64,000 nt of DNA from Vicinamibacteria bacterium (GCA_963555995.3 OY821641.1:3648001-3712000), one strand, 5' to 3'. Positions 19,442 to 29,333 are shown, counted from the first letter of the stretch. Program-made: numbers and translations. Notes: generated by a model not told the origin, from the sequence alone.

Positions 19442-20071
19442 GTGAAGCAGATCCAGAGTCCCGCGCCGGTTCGGTCCGGCCTCTTCCGCGCGCTGCTGAT
19501 CGCGGCGCCGTTCGCCGTGTTCTCCGCCGGGCAGGCCGCCGCGGAACCCCATCCGGAGCCGGATGCCCGGATTCTCGTGACGCCCTCCGCGGAGTCCACG
19601 CTCGAGACGGCTTCGCAGCCGGGCCGCGAGTGGATGGCGCGCCGGTTCGACCGGCGGTCGGCAGTCCAGGAGCGCCGCGCCCGCCGGGGTGCGCGCCGCG
19701 CAGTCCGCTCCGGGCTGGCCGCGCGCTGGGTCGGACGGCGTATGGCGGCGGGGCTCGACCTCACCGAGGAGCAGCGCGACCAGATGCGGGAGGCGATGCG
19801 GGAGATCGGCGACAACCGCCGGACCAGCCGGCGGGAGATCGCCGACGCCCGGCGTTCCTTCCAGCGGGCGGCCCGCGACCCCGAACGGAGCGCCGAAGAA
19901 GTGCAGGCGCTGGGCGAAGCCCTCGGCAGGGCCCAGGCCGACCAGGCGCTCCAGCGGAGGTCGGACCGCGAGCGGATCGCCGGCATCCTCACCGAGGAGC
20001 AGCGCGAGCAACTTGAGCAAATGCGCGAGCGCCGGGGACCCCGCGCCCGAACCAGCCGCCGCCGCGGCTGA
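19442..20071 (+). CDS. Spy/CpxP family periplasmic chaperone
   Basis: Signal peptide; two LTEEQR (LTxxQ) motifs; SD AAGGAG. Confidence 0.8.
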   Translation: MKQIQSPAPVRSGLFRALLIAAPFAVFSAGQAAAEPHPEPDARILVTPSAESTLETASQPGREWMARRFDRRSAVQERRARRGARRAVRSGLAARWVGRRMAAGLDLTEEQRDQMREAMREIGDNRRTSRREIADARRSFQRAARDPERSAEEVQALGEALGRAQADQALQRRSDRERIAGILTEEQREQLEQMRERRGPRARTSRRRG

Positions 20072-20072
20072 C

Positions 20073-20190
20073 GGCTTGGAACGCCGGTCTCCAGACCGGC
20101 ACGCGCGGCGCTCCGCGCGGCGCACGGCGCGACGCCAACCGCCCCCACGGCGCCCCCGGCCCGGAACGCCGATCTCCAGATCGGCACCCG
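20073..20190 (+). repeat. REP-like element (family 1) immediately after the stop codon, plus a degenerate copy
   Basis: GGCTTGGAACGCCGGTCTCCAGACCGGCACGCGCGG; GGAACGCCGATCTCCAGATCGGCAC at ~20163. Confidence 0.85.
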
Positions 20191-20323
20191 CTCCGCGGAG
20201 CGGAGCGGAACCGCACACCGCTGATCACAAAGATGCCCTCGCACGGCGGCATTGGCGCGGCGACGTTCCAGGTCGGGGATGCAATCGGGACATTCAGCCC
20301 CACCCCGTTGCGGCCCTCCGGGC

Positions 20324-20718
20324 CGCGTGCCGGTCTGGAGACCGGCGTTCCCAGGCGTGGGCGCCACCTTGGCTTCTGAGTTCGACGCCGAGGCGGGAGT
20401 CGCTTTTTCCGCGTGGGGTTGTGTCGTGCGCGGTGCGGAGCACCGCGCGTGCCGGTCTGGAGACCGGCGTTCCCAGGCGTGGGCGCCGCCTTGGCTTCTG
20501 AGTTCGACGCCGAGGCGGGAGTCGCTCTTTCCGCGTGGGGTTGCGCTGTGCGCGTTACGGAGCACCGCGCGTGCCGGTCTGGAGACCGGCGTTCCCAGGC
20601 GTGGGCGCCGCCTTGGCTTCTGAGTTCGACGCCGAGGGGGGAGCCGCTCTTTCCGCGTGGGGTTGCGCTGTGCGCGTTGCGGAGCACCGCGCGTGCCGGT
20701 CTGGAGACCGGCGTTCCA
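20324..20718 (-). repeat. 122-bp tandem repeat (3 units plus a partial unit), each containing a family-1 REP (BIME-like)
   Basis: CGCGTGCCGGTCTGGAGACCGGCGTTCC at 20324, 20446, 20568 and 20690 with near-identical linkers. Confidence 0.9.
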
Positions 20719-20738
20719 GGCCGGCGCGTCGCCGGGGG

Positions 20739-21002
20739 CTACGCCCGGGCTTCTTCCTCTTCTTCCTCGGCTTCGAGCAGGCTCCGCTCGTCCTCGGTCA
20801 GCACGTCCGCCATCTTCCAGACGGGCTCCTGCGGACCCGGGACGATCCCCTCGAGGTCCCGGTCGCCGTCCGTGGGCGCGGCCATCGCCCGCTCCTTCTC
20901 GATGGCGCGTTCGCGGCGCCGCAACTCCTTGGCCCGCTGACGCGCGACGCGCTCCTTTTCCTTGCGGCGCTTGAGGAACGTCTGTCGGGAGCGGTTGGCC
21001 AT
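20739..21002 (-). CDS. Small basic/acidic conserved hypothetical protein
   Basis: MANRSRQTFLKRRKEKER...DRDLEGIVPGPQ; SD GGAG upstream. Confidence 0.6.
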   Translation of the reverse strand: MANRSRQTFLKRRKEKERVARQRAKELRRRERAIEKERAMAAPTDGDRDLEGIVPGPQEPVWKMADVLTEDERSLLEAEEEEEEARA

Positions 21003-21126
21003 CGGCTCCGGGAATGCTAGCAAGCCGCCTCCCGGCGAGGTGGCCGCGGACGGATTCGGGGCCGCGTGGCCATATGCTCCCGGGTTCTTCCGTTTCGGGA
21101 TTTTGTCCTCACAGGAGGTCGGTCGA

Positions 21127-24100
21127 ATGGCTCTTCGGCAACTGAGATTCACCCGTGCGGCGCTCGCCGGGCTGGCGGCGCTCGTTCTTGCGGCACCCGT
21201 TTTCGCCCAGGACCTGCGGCTCGAGGCGTCCCACCTCCGCACCATGGAGTGGCGCAACATCGGGCCGTTGCGCGGAGGCCGCTCCCTATCCTGCACCGGC
21301 AGCCCCGGCCGCCGGCACGAGTACTACTTCGGGGCCACCGGCGGCGGTCTCTGGAAGACCCTCGACTCGGGCACCACCTGGTTCCCCGTGACCGACGGCC
21401 AGATCTCCAGCTCCTCGATCGGCGCCGTCGCGGTGGCGGAGACCAATCCCGACATCGTCTTCATCGGCGGGGGCGAGACCCAGCTCCGCGGCAGCATCAC
21501 CCAGGGGGACGGCGTCTACAAGAGTTCGGACGGCGGGGAGACCTGGCGCCACGTGGGCCTCCGCGACACCCAGGCGGTCGCCCGCATCCGGATCCACCCG
21601 GTGAACCCCGACATCGTCTATGTCGCGGCGCTCGGCCATCCCTACGGCGACAACGAGGAACGCGGCGTCTTCCGTTCCCGCGACGGCGGCAGCACCTGGG
21701 AACGGATCCTCTTCGTCAGCCCGGGCGCGGGAGCGGCCGACCTCATCATTGACCGGACGAATCCGGACGTTCTCTACGCGACCATCTGGCAGGTGTACCG
21801 CAAGGCCTGGAAGATGTGGGGCGGGGGTCCCGATTCCGGCCTCTACCGCTCGGAGGACGGCGGCGACACCTGGACCGAGCTCACCGGGAACCCGGGCATG
21901 CCGGCCGGTCCCATCGGCAAGATCGGGGTCACCGTTTCCCCGGCGAACCCCGACCGGGTCTGGGCGATCGTGGAGGCCCCGGAGGGCGGGGTGTTCCGGT
22001 CCGAGGACGGCGGCGCGACCTGGCGGCTCACCAACAACGAGCGCAAGCTGCGCCAGCGCGCCTTCTACTACTCCCGCATCTACGCCGATCCGGTGGACGT
22101 CGACACGGTGTACGCGCTGAACACCGGCTTCTACAAGTCAACGGACGGCGGCGAGACCTTCGACCACGTGATCCGCCCGCCCCACGGGGACCAGCACGAC
22201 CTCTGGATTGATCCGAACAACCCGCTGCGGATGTGCAACTCCAACGACGGCGGGGGCAACGTGAGCGTGAACGGCGGGGAGACCTGGACCGGTCAGGCCT
22301 ATTCGACCACCCAGCTCTACCACGTCAACGTGACGAACGACTTCCCCTACCACGTGTGCGGCGCCCAGCAGGACAACACGACGCTCTGCACGCCCAGTGA
22401 GGGCTGGGACCACATGCAGGCGCGGGGTCCGGGCAGCCGCTGGTACTACGACGCCGGCGGCGGCGAGAGCGGCTACATCACGCAGCACCCGTCGAACCTC
22501 GACGTCTTCTACGCCGGCAGCCAGGGAGCGCTGCTGACCCGCTACAACCGCGCGAACGGCCAGATCCGCGACATCCAGGTGTATCCGCGGTTCTTCTCGG
22601 GGGAACCGGCGAGCGCGCTGCCCGACCGCTGGCAGTGGACCTTCCCGATCGTCTTCTCACCGCTCGACGAGAACCGGCTCTACACGAGCTCGCAGTTCCT
22701 CTATATGACGACCGACGACGGCCAGTCGTGGACGAAGATCAGCCCCGACCTGACCTACGCCGACCCGGAGACGCTCGGCGAGACCGGCGGCGTCATCACG
22801 ATGGACATGAACGGCCCCGAGATCTACGCCACGATCTTCGCGGTCGTCCCCTCGCAGCACGACCTGGACACGATCTGGGCCGGCTCCGATGACGGACAAA
22901 TCCACGTCACCCGGGACCACGGGGCGAACTGGACGGAGATCACGCCAGCCGACCTTCCCAAGTTCAGCCGGGTCAGCATCATCGAAGAGTCGTCGCACCG
23001 GCCGGGCACGATCTTCGTGGCGGCCAACCGCTACCAGGTGGACGACCGCGAGCCCTACGTCTTCCGGACGACCGACTACGGCGCCACCTGGACGAAGATC
23101 GTGGACGGGATCGCCTCCGGGCACTTCGCGCGGGCGGTCCGGGAGGACCCGGTGCGCCAGGGGCTGCTCTTCCTCGGGACCGAGCACGCGGTGTACGCCT
23201 CCTGGGACGACGGGGACCACTGGGTGTCGCTCCAGCAGAACCTCCCGGACACGCCGATCCGCGACCTGGTGGTCAAGGAGGCGGACGTGGTGCTCGGCAC
23301 CCACGGCCGCGGGTTCTGGATCCTCGACGACATCCAGCCGCTCCGGCAGTACACCCCCGAGTCGCTGAACGCCACGCTGACGGTCTTCGATCCCGACCCG
23401 GCGGTGCGCGGCGTCCAGGACGGGATCGTCCAGTACCACCTGGCGGAAGAGGTGGACTCGGTGGTGGTGGAGATCCACGACGCGGGCGGCACGCTGGTGG
23501 ACCGCTTCGAGGGCACCGAGCCGGACTTCGAGGCGGAGCCGGACTTCTCGTGGTTCCGGGTGCGGCAATCTTCCGTCCCCACCACCGGCCAGGGGCTCAA
23601 CCGCTTCGTCTGGAGCGGCCGCTACCAGGGCGCCGTCGAGTTCGACGGGATGATCCTCTGGAGCGCGCGGGCCACCAGCGGTCCGAAGGCGCCTCCCGGC
23701 GAGTACCGGGTGAGCGTCACCGCGGCCGGCGTCACCGAGACCGCGGACCTCACGCTGGTCGCGGACCCCCGCCTCAGGGGGGTCACCACCGCCGACCTCG
23801 TGGAGCAGTTCGAGCTGGCCAGCCGGATCCGGGACCGGACGTCCGAGGCGAACGAGGCCGTGATCCAGATCCGGGACGTCCGCCTCCAGCTCGAGGAGCG
23901 GCTGGAAGGGTCGAGCGACCAGGGCCTGATCGCCGACGGCGGGCGGCTGCTCGAGGAGATGACCGAGGTCGAGGAGGCGCTCTACCAGACGAAGAACCGC
24001 AGCAACCAGGATCCGCTGAACTTCCCGATCCGGCTCAACAACCGGCTCGCGTCGCTCCGCCGCAGCGTGGAGACCGGCGACGCGAAGCCCACGGACGGCG

Positions 24101-24252
24101 CCTACGCGGTCTTCGAGGAGCTGTCGGGCGAGCTGGATCGGCACCTGGGACGGCTCGGCGGGCTGCTCGGCGAACGCCTCGACGGCCTGAACGGGAGGAT
24201 CACCGCCGCTGGCGCGGACCCGGTGGACGCCGGGCGCTGGAAGGAGCAGTAG
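21127..24252 (+). CDS. Secreted VPS10/sortilin-like BNR-repeat beta-propeller protein (glycosyl hydrolase-like)
   Basis: Signal peptide, WRNIGP, many S/TxDGGxTW Asp-boxes, THGRGFWILDD; SD AGGAGG. Confidence 0.9.
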   Translation: MALRQLRFTRAALAGLAALVLAAPVFAQDLRLEASHLRTMEWRNIGPLRGGRSLSCTGSPGRRHEYYFGATGGGLWKTLDSGTTWFPVTDGQISSSSIGAVAVAETNPDIVFIGGGETQLRGSITQGDGVYKSSDGGETWRHVGLRDTQAVARIRIHPVNPDIVYVAALGHPYGDNEERGVFRSRDGGSTWERILFVSPGAGAADLIIDRTNPDVLYATIWQVYRKAWKMWGGGPDSGLYRSEDGGDTWTELTGNPGMPAGPIGKIGVTVSPANPDRVWAIVEAPEGGVFRSEDGGATWRLTNNERKLRQRAFYYSRIYADPVDVDTVYALNTGFYKSTDGGETFDHVIRPPHGDQHDLWIDPNNPLRMCNSNDGGGNVSVNGGETWTGQAYSTTQLYHVNVTNDFPYHVCGAQQDNTTLCTPSEGWDHMQARGPGSRWYYDAGGGESGYITQHPSNLDVFYAGSQGALLTRYNRANGQIRDIQVYPRFFSGEPASALPDRWQWTFPIVFSPLDENRLYTSSQFLYMTTDDGQSWTKISPDLTYADPETLGETGGVITMDMNGPEIYATIFAVVPSQHDLDTIWAGSDDGQIHVTRDHGANWTEITPADLPKFSRVSIIEESSHRPGTIFVAANRYQVDDREPYVFRTTDYGATWTKIVDGIASGHFARAVREDPVRQGLLFLGTEHAVYASWDDGDHWVSLQQNLPDTPIRDLVVKEADVVLGTHGRGFWILDDIQPLRQYTPESLNATLTVFDPDPAVRGVQDGIVQYHLAEEVDSVVVEIHDAGGTLVDRFEGTEPDFEAEPDFSWFRVRQSSVPTTGQGLNRFVWSGRYQGAVEFDGMILWSARATSGPKAPPGEYRVSVTAAGVTETADLTLVADPRLRGVTTADLVEQFELASRIRDRTSEANEAVIQIRDVRLQLEERLEGSSDQGLIADGGRLLEEMTEVEEALYQTKNRSNQDPLNFPIRLNNRLASLRRSVETGDAKPTDGAYAVFEELSGELDRHLGRLGGLLGERLDGLNGRITAAGADPVDAGRWKEQ

Positions 24253-24294
24253 CGACGTCCCCGGCGCCGCCGGCCGGGCGACGGAGCGGCCTCG

Positions 24295-24894
24295 CTAGGG
24301 CGCTCCGGCGCGGCCGGCGGCGACCACGCCCGCTGCGCGTTCGGGCGGTGACTCCCCGGCGGCGAAGGGCACGACCGCGAGCAGTGCCACCTCGTTCGTG
24401 AGCATTAGCTCGCCGTCGAAGACGAACCGGCCCGAGAACGGCTGCTCCCGCAGGAGGAGCGGGAGCCAGATGGCGTCGTCCTCCCACATGCGCTCGTAGG
24501 GGATGGACTCGAGGTCCGCCCAGAGCGGCGTCGCTTCGACCGTGGGCTCGGGCTCGCCGGCGAACCCGTCGGCGCGGAACACGTAGACGTGGATCGAGTA
24601 GCCGTCCACGAACTGGAACCGCAGTTCCCCGGCGGGACGAATCCCGGTGGGGCGGATCCGGATCTCCTCCTCCGCCTCGCGGACCGCCGCGGCGCGGGGC
24701 GTCTCGCCGGGTTCCAGCCGTCCGCCCGGTCCGTTGATCTTCCCCTGTCCCAGCCCCCGGTGCTTCTCGATGAGCAGGATGCGGCCGCCCGAGACGACGA
24801 AGAGTAGGGTGGCGCGTTCCTCGGGGGTCCAGCCGTCCCAGGCGAACGTCCGGAGGAACGCCCGCGCCTCGGCGGAGATGCCGTTCCCGGTCAC
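24295..24894 (-). CDS. NUDIX hydrolase (8-oxo-dGTP diphosphatase / MTH1-like)
   Basis: KHRGLGQGKINGPGGRLEPGETPRAAAVREAEEE Nudix box; IPYERMWEDD. Confidence 0.85.
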   Translation of the reverse strand: MTGNGISAEARAFLRTFAWDGWTPEERATLLFVVSGGRILLIEKHRGLGQGKINGPGGRLEPGETPRAAAVREAEEEIRIRPTGIRPAGELRFQFVDGYSIHVYVFRADGFAGEPEPTVEATPLWADLESIPYERMWEDDAIWLPLLLREQPFSGRFVFDGELMLTNEVALLAVVPFAAGESPPERAAGVVAAGRAGAP

Positions 24895-25123
24895 TCGCTT
24901 ACCCGGCGGTGGCGAGAATCTCCCACTGCCCGTTCGCGGCGCGCAGCGCCGCGGGGGAGGGGTGTGGGGAGGGGTGTCCCCTCCCCACAGGAAAGGACGG
25001 CATGGATCGCGGAGCGATCCATGCCGTCGCCCCCGTGGAGGGAGCACCCCGCACGCGGACTGACGGCCGGGATTGGTGCGGGAACCGCGGGGGGAACCGG
25101 GCGGGGTGCTTCCTTCACGGGGG

Positions 25124-26125
25124 CTAACTGCCGTCCCAGCCGACGCCGGAGAGGCGGCCGAGGAGCGACCCCTCGCCCTTGCCGCCGCCACCGGTCTGCG
25201 GCGCCGCCTGGTGGATGCGACCGGCGAGGCGGCTGAACGGCAGCGACTGCAGCCAGACCCACCCCGGTCCGGTGAGGCTCGCGAAGAAGAAGCCCTCGCC
25301 GCCGAAGATGGCCGACTTGATGCCGCCCACGGACTGGATGTCGTAGTTGACCGAGGGGGCGAGCGCGACGAGACAGCCGGTGTCCACCCGCAGGTTCTCA
25401 CCGGCGGCCAGCTCCTTCTTGACGATCGTGCCGCCGGCGTGGAGGAAGGCCAGCCCGTCGCCTTCGAGCGATTGCATGATGAAGCCCTCCCCGCCGAAGA
25501 GCGCCGTCCCGATCTTGCGCTGGAACGCGATGCCGATCGAGACGCCCTTGGCGCCGCAGAGGAACGCGTCCTTCTGGGCGATGAGCCGGCCGCCCAGCTC
25601 GTCGAGCTGCACCGGCAGGATCTTGCCCGGATAGGGCGAGGCGAACGCCACGTGCTGTTTCCCGCCGCCCCGGTTCACGAACTCCGTCATGAACAGGCTC
25701 TCGCCGGTGAGCAGCCGCTTGCCGGCGCCCAGCATCTTGTCCATGAACCCCGTCTGGTTCCCGTCGCCGAAGATCGTCTGCATCTCGATTCCGGCGCTCA
25801 TGAACATCATGGCCCCCGCTTCGGCCACCGCCCCTTCACCGGGATCGAGCTCGACTTCCACGAACTGCATCTCCTCGCCGAAGATCCGGTAGTCCACCTC
25901 GTGCATCCGGCCCGGCGCGGGCGGACGCGGCGGCGGCGCGCCGTCACCGATGCCGGTCCGCAGCTCGGGGACCCCGGAGACCGGTTGCCAGGAGCTTTCC
26001 CCGAGCGGACAGACCAGCGTGCCCGCGGTCCAGCGGCCGCTATGGAGCGACTGCCGGACGTCGGCGGTGGAGAAGGGGCCGAGCGTCCGGCCCCCTTCGG
26101 CTACGTACCATTGACTGGTTGACAT
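25124..26125 (-). CDS. GYF_2 (DUF4339) domain fused to a TIGR00266/AIM24 family domain
   Basis: N-terminal WYVAEGGRTLGPFS...W (GYF_2); AEAGAMMFM, LTGESLF, FGGEGF and GWVWLQSLPFSRLA motifs. Confidence 0.85.
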   Translation of the reverse strand: MSTSQWYVAEGGRTLGPFSTADVRQSLHSGRWTAGTLVCPLGESSWQPVSGVPELRTGIGDGAPPPRPPAPGRMHEVDYRIFGEEMQFVEVELDPGEGAVAEAGAMMFMSAGIEMQTIFGDGNQTGFMDKMLGAGKRLLTGESLFMTEFVNRGGGKQHVAFASPYPGKILPVQLDELGGRLIAQKDAFLCGAKGVSIGIAFQRKIGTALFGGEGFIMQSLEGDGLAFLHAGGTIVKKELAAGENLRVDTGCLVALAPSVNYDIQSVGGIKSAIFGGEGFFFASLTGPGWVWLQSLPFSRLAGRIHQAAPQTGGGGKGEGSLLGRLSGVGWDGS

Positions 26126-26359
26126 GTTCTCTCCTTTCGCGAACCCCGGCCCGCCCGCCGCTTCGTCAGCTCCTTCCGCAGTGAAACCAGAGGAGTCCGC
26201 CGAGAGCCAGCGCCGCCAGGACGATGGGCGCAAGAGCCACTACGAAATGCCAGCGCTTCGGGTTCGGTCCGTTCGCGTCCGCCGGCCGGTTCATCGGGCA
26301 ACTGTAACGGCGGGACCGCCGGTTCCGGCGGCGTTTCGGGTTCGCTGACCACCGGAACC

Positions 26360-27709
26360 ATGGAGGCTTCGCGCGGTCTGCCGCCGCCCTCCGAAGGGCT
26401 GCGCCGGGACCTCCTGGAGATTCACCGGGCGGCGCTCCGGGCGGCCGACCCGGAGCGGATCCTGGAGCGGGACCTCCGGGGTGACGCCGTGTCCGGATGG
26501 ACCTTCCGGGGACGGCCCCTGCTGCCGCCCCTGCGGACGGCTGGGGAACCGGTCTTCCTGTTCGGCGCCGGCAAGGCGGCCGCCGCGCTCGCCCGCGGGG
26601 TCCGGCGCGGGCTCGCCGGGGAGGACGTGCGCGGGAGGGTCATCGTGAAGCACGGCCACCGGCTGGAAGTGCCCGGGGTGGTGGTCGAGGAGGCGGGGCA
26701 TCCCGTCCCGGACGCCGACTCGGTCGAGGCGACCAAGCGGTTGCTCGGGGACCTGCGGGCGAGCGGCGAGAGCGGCCGGGTCCTGGTGCTGCTGACCGGA
26801 GGGGCGTCGGCGCTGCTGGTCGCTCCGGCGGCCGGCATCACCCCGGAGGACAAGTCGCGGGTCAGTTCCCTGCTGCTCGCCTGCGGCGCCGACATCCACG
26901 AGATCAACACGGTCCGCAAGCACCTCTCGGCGGTCAAGGGCGGCGGCCTCATCCCCCTGCTGCCGCCGGGGCGCGCCGCCGCGCTCGTGATCTCCGACGT
27001 GATCGGCGACCAGTTGACCTCCATCGGTTCCGGGCCGGCCACCGGGGATCCCACCACCTTCGGCGACGCCTTGGGGGTGCTCGAGAAGTTCGACCTGACG
27101 GAGCGGGTCCCGGAAGCGGTGCTCCACCGCTTCCGCGACGGGGTTGCCGGGGCCGTCGCGGAGACGCCCGCTGCGCCCCCCGAGGCCGTGCCCCACCACA
27201 TCGTGGCCAGCAACTTCCATTCGCTCCGCGCGGCCGAGGAGGAAGCGTCCCGACGCGGCTACCGCGCCGAAGTCTTCGGCCGGGATCTCGCGGGCGGGGT
27301 GCACGAAACCGCCCGCCGGTTCGCGCGCCGGCTGGCTGTCCTCGGTTCGGAACCGGCGCCGGCGGCGCTCCTCGCGGGAGGTGAGCTGACCCTCGCGGTG
27401 ACGGGCGGCGGACGCGGGGGACGGAGCCAGGAGTTCGCGCTGGTCGCGGCGCGGCATCTGGAGGGCGTCCCGGGGGTCGCCCTGCTCGCCGCAGGGACCG
27501 ACGGCACCGACGGCCCCACGGACGCGGCCGGGGCCTTCGCGGACGGGGCGTCGTGGAACCGGGCCCGGCAGCGGGGTCTCGATCCGGAGGCCACGCTCCG
27601 GAACAACGATTCCTGGTCGCTGTTCCGGGAAACGGGCGACCTGCTCGTCACCGGTCCCACCGGGACGAACGTCATGGACCTCATGGTGGGACTGACAGCG
27701 GGCGGTTAA
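26360..27709 (+). CDS. Glycerate kinase type 2 (DUF4147/MOFRL)
   Basis: GAGKAA, AGHPVPD, GGASALL, VRKHLSAVKGG, GGRSQE, GTDGTDGPT and TGPTGTNVMD motifs. Confidence 0.9.
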   Translation: MEASRGLPPPSEGLRRDLLEIHRAALRAADPERILERDLRGDAVSGWTFRGRPLLPPLRTAGEPVFLFGAGKAAAALARGVRRGLAGEDVRGRVIVKHGHRLEVPGVVVEEAGHPVPDADSVEATKRLLGDLRASGESGRVLVLLTGGASALLVAPAAGITPEDKSRVSSLLLACGADIHEINTVRKHLSAVKGGGLIPLLPPGRAAALVISDVIGDQLTSIGSGPATGDPTTFGDALGVLEKFDLTERVPEAVLHRFRDGVAGAVAETPAAPPEAVPHHIVASNFHSLRAAEEEASRRGYRAEVFGRDLAGGVHETARRFARRLAVLGSEPAPAALLAGGELTLAVTGGGRGGRSQEFALVAARHLEGVPGVALLAAGTDGTDGPTDAAGAFADGASWNRARQRGLDPEATLRNNDSWSLFRETGDLLVTGPTGTNVMDLMVGLTAGG

Positions 27710-27892
27710 CAGCCTGTGGTGAAACCCACGTGAGCGCCGAGACGGGTGAGGCGCCCGGCTGACAAGGCGCGTGAGGGAGGAATACCGGGTGTATTCCGAC
27801 CGAAACGCAACGCAGAGCGCCTCGGAGAGGCGCGGTTCAGCCGGGATGCATCGCCCGTCGAACGCCGCGTGGGTTTTGCCACAGGCTGTTAA
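27706..27892. mobile_element. MITE-like element (family 2) with long terminal inverted repeats, TTAA at both ends
   Basis: TTAACAGCCTGTGGTGAAACCCACG...CGTGGGTTTTGCCACAGGCTGTTAA; interior homologous to 52495-52678. Confidence 0.75.
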
Positions 27893-28590
27893 CGCGGTCC
27901 CTGCCACGGGCGGCGCCGCCCGCGCGAGGCCGCGGGGCGCAGCCGCACCCGGTAGTGGCGCCCGGCGAAGGAAGTCCGGAGCGCCCGTTTGAGCAAGGTG
28001 ATCCGGCGGGCCACGGAGGAAGGGCTGAGCGGCACCGCCCGCAGGCGCGCGATCTGCGGAATGGTGCAGCGGTCCCGAAAATAGAGTTGATACAGAAGCC
28101 GGTTCAGGGCGTATTGGCGGGCGTCCAGCGAGATCCGCTGCAGGACCGTTTCGACGCTCTCGTCCATTTCCCGCATCCTGACCGCGGACTCCGGGTCGTC
28201 ACCGTCGTCTTCGATCGGGTTTTCCGCCAGCGCCGCTTCGAGCCGCCAGGGCTCGTCGGCCGGGAACGACTGTTCGACGTGCCGCCGGTACCCGTCGCGC
28301 CGGAACTGGTCCCGGAGGATGTTCTCCGCGATCCGCCGGATGAACACCTCGAACGTCTCCTCCCGCTTCCCGGCGAAACTGCGGATCACCCGGCGCCGGT
28401 CGGAGACGAGCCGCTCCATGACGTCCTGCGCCAGGTCGTCGAGGCCGCCGCGGTCCATCTGCGTGCGATCCGCGAAACGCGCGTGCAGGACCACGCCGAT
28501 CAGGGTCCGGCAGCGCCTGAACAGGACTCCCCACAGAGGGTCATCCGGACGCGCCGCCACCAGGCGGCGCAACAGCTCCCAGGAGTCCAT
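27889..28590 (-). CDS. ECF-type sigma-70 family factor
   Basis: DDLAQDVMERL and FIRRIAENILRDQFRR (region 2); C-terminal TIPQIA..LSPSSVARRI HTH (region 4). Confidence 0.7.
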   Translation of the reverse strand: MDSWELLRRLVAARPDDPLWGVLFRRCRTLIGVVLHARFADRTQMDRGGLDDLAQDVMERLVSDRRRVIRSFAGKREETFEVFIRRIAENILRDQFRRDGYRRHVEQSFPADEPWRLEAALAENPIEDDGDDPESAVRMREMDESVETVLQRISLDARQYALNRLLYQLYFRDRCTIPQIARLRAVPLSPSSVARRITLLKRALRTSFAGRHYRVRLRPAASRGRRRPWQGPR

Positions 28591-28676
28591 ACGCGTCGGG
28601 GGCGGGCGAGTCTAATCCTTCGTAACCGTCTCCGAACATCCTTTTTTTGCGCCGGTTGTGAGTGCGTTACACCAAA

Positions 28677-29084
28677 TTACACCGAGCCGGCGACGCCGTT
28701 CCCGCCGCGATCCTTCGCGGAGGAAACGAGCAGCGCGACCACCGTCACGGCGGCGAGGACACCGTCCGAGGCGGCGAACGCGAGGAACAGGGGTGGGGAG
28801 TCCCGCAACGCGAAGTCCAGCACGAAGAGCAGGGCGCCGCCTCCCTTGAGCACGGGTCCCATGATCCAGATGTACCAGCGATTCGCTTCCAGGTTCTTCA
28901 GGATCGCGAAGTACCCGAGGCCGACCGCGAGAGCGAAGAGTCCGTTCAGATTCGCGTGGATCGGGAAGCGGGGCGGCTCGGTGCCGAACAGTTGCCGAAC
29001 CTCGTCCAGCGCGAAGAGCAACGCGCCGCCCAACAGCACGTCATAGACGCCGCTGACGACGACGACGCCAAGGAGCAACCTCAT
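28677..29084 (-). CDS. Hypothetical 4-TM membrane protein
   Basis: Four hydrophobic segments; GVYD motif. Confidence 0.65.
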   Translation of the reverse strand: MRLLLGVVVVSGVYDVLLGGALLFALDEVRQLFGTEPPRFPIHANLNGLFALAVGLGYFAILKNLEANRWYIWIMGPVLKGGGALLFVLDFALRDSPPLFLAFAASDGVLAAVTVVALLVSSAKDRGGNGVAGSV

Positions 29085-29095
29085 CGCTCAAAGCC

Positions 29096-29152
29096 TAACG
29101 GCCGGTGGTGAAACCCACGTGAGCGCTGCGTGGGTTTTGCGACCGGCCGTTC
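29096..29152. mobile_element. Internally deleted family-2 MITE (termini only)
   Basis: AACGGCCGGTGGTGAAACCCACG-TGAGCGCT-GCGTGGGTTTTGCGACCGGCCGTT. Confidence 0.6.
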
Positions 29153-29333
29153 ATCTCCGGGGGGGCCTGCGAGGGGCGTCCGGCGCGCTGTCACCCGTCC
29201 ATTACAGCCTCCCCGCCCCGGCTATACTGCCTGACTGCCCCGTGTGGAAAACCGCATGCGGCGCCCGGAGATCAACGGGTCGCTCACGCGGCTTCGCGAT
29301 GGTCCGGGTCCGCGGGGGCTCCGCATCAGTCCC

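Noticed and set aside
20324-20718. CRISPR array
   Set aside because: Linkers between the palindromes are near-identical, so it is a REP-containing tandem repeat.
19204-21020. ORFs with recurring ERRSPDRHAR / RVPVWRPAF peptides
   Set aside because: These are translations of the REP repeats, not a protein family; the same applies to N-terminal extensions of ORFs at 7288-8394, 44484 and 46681.
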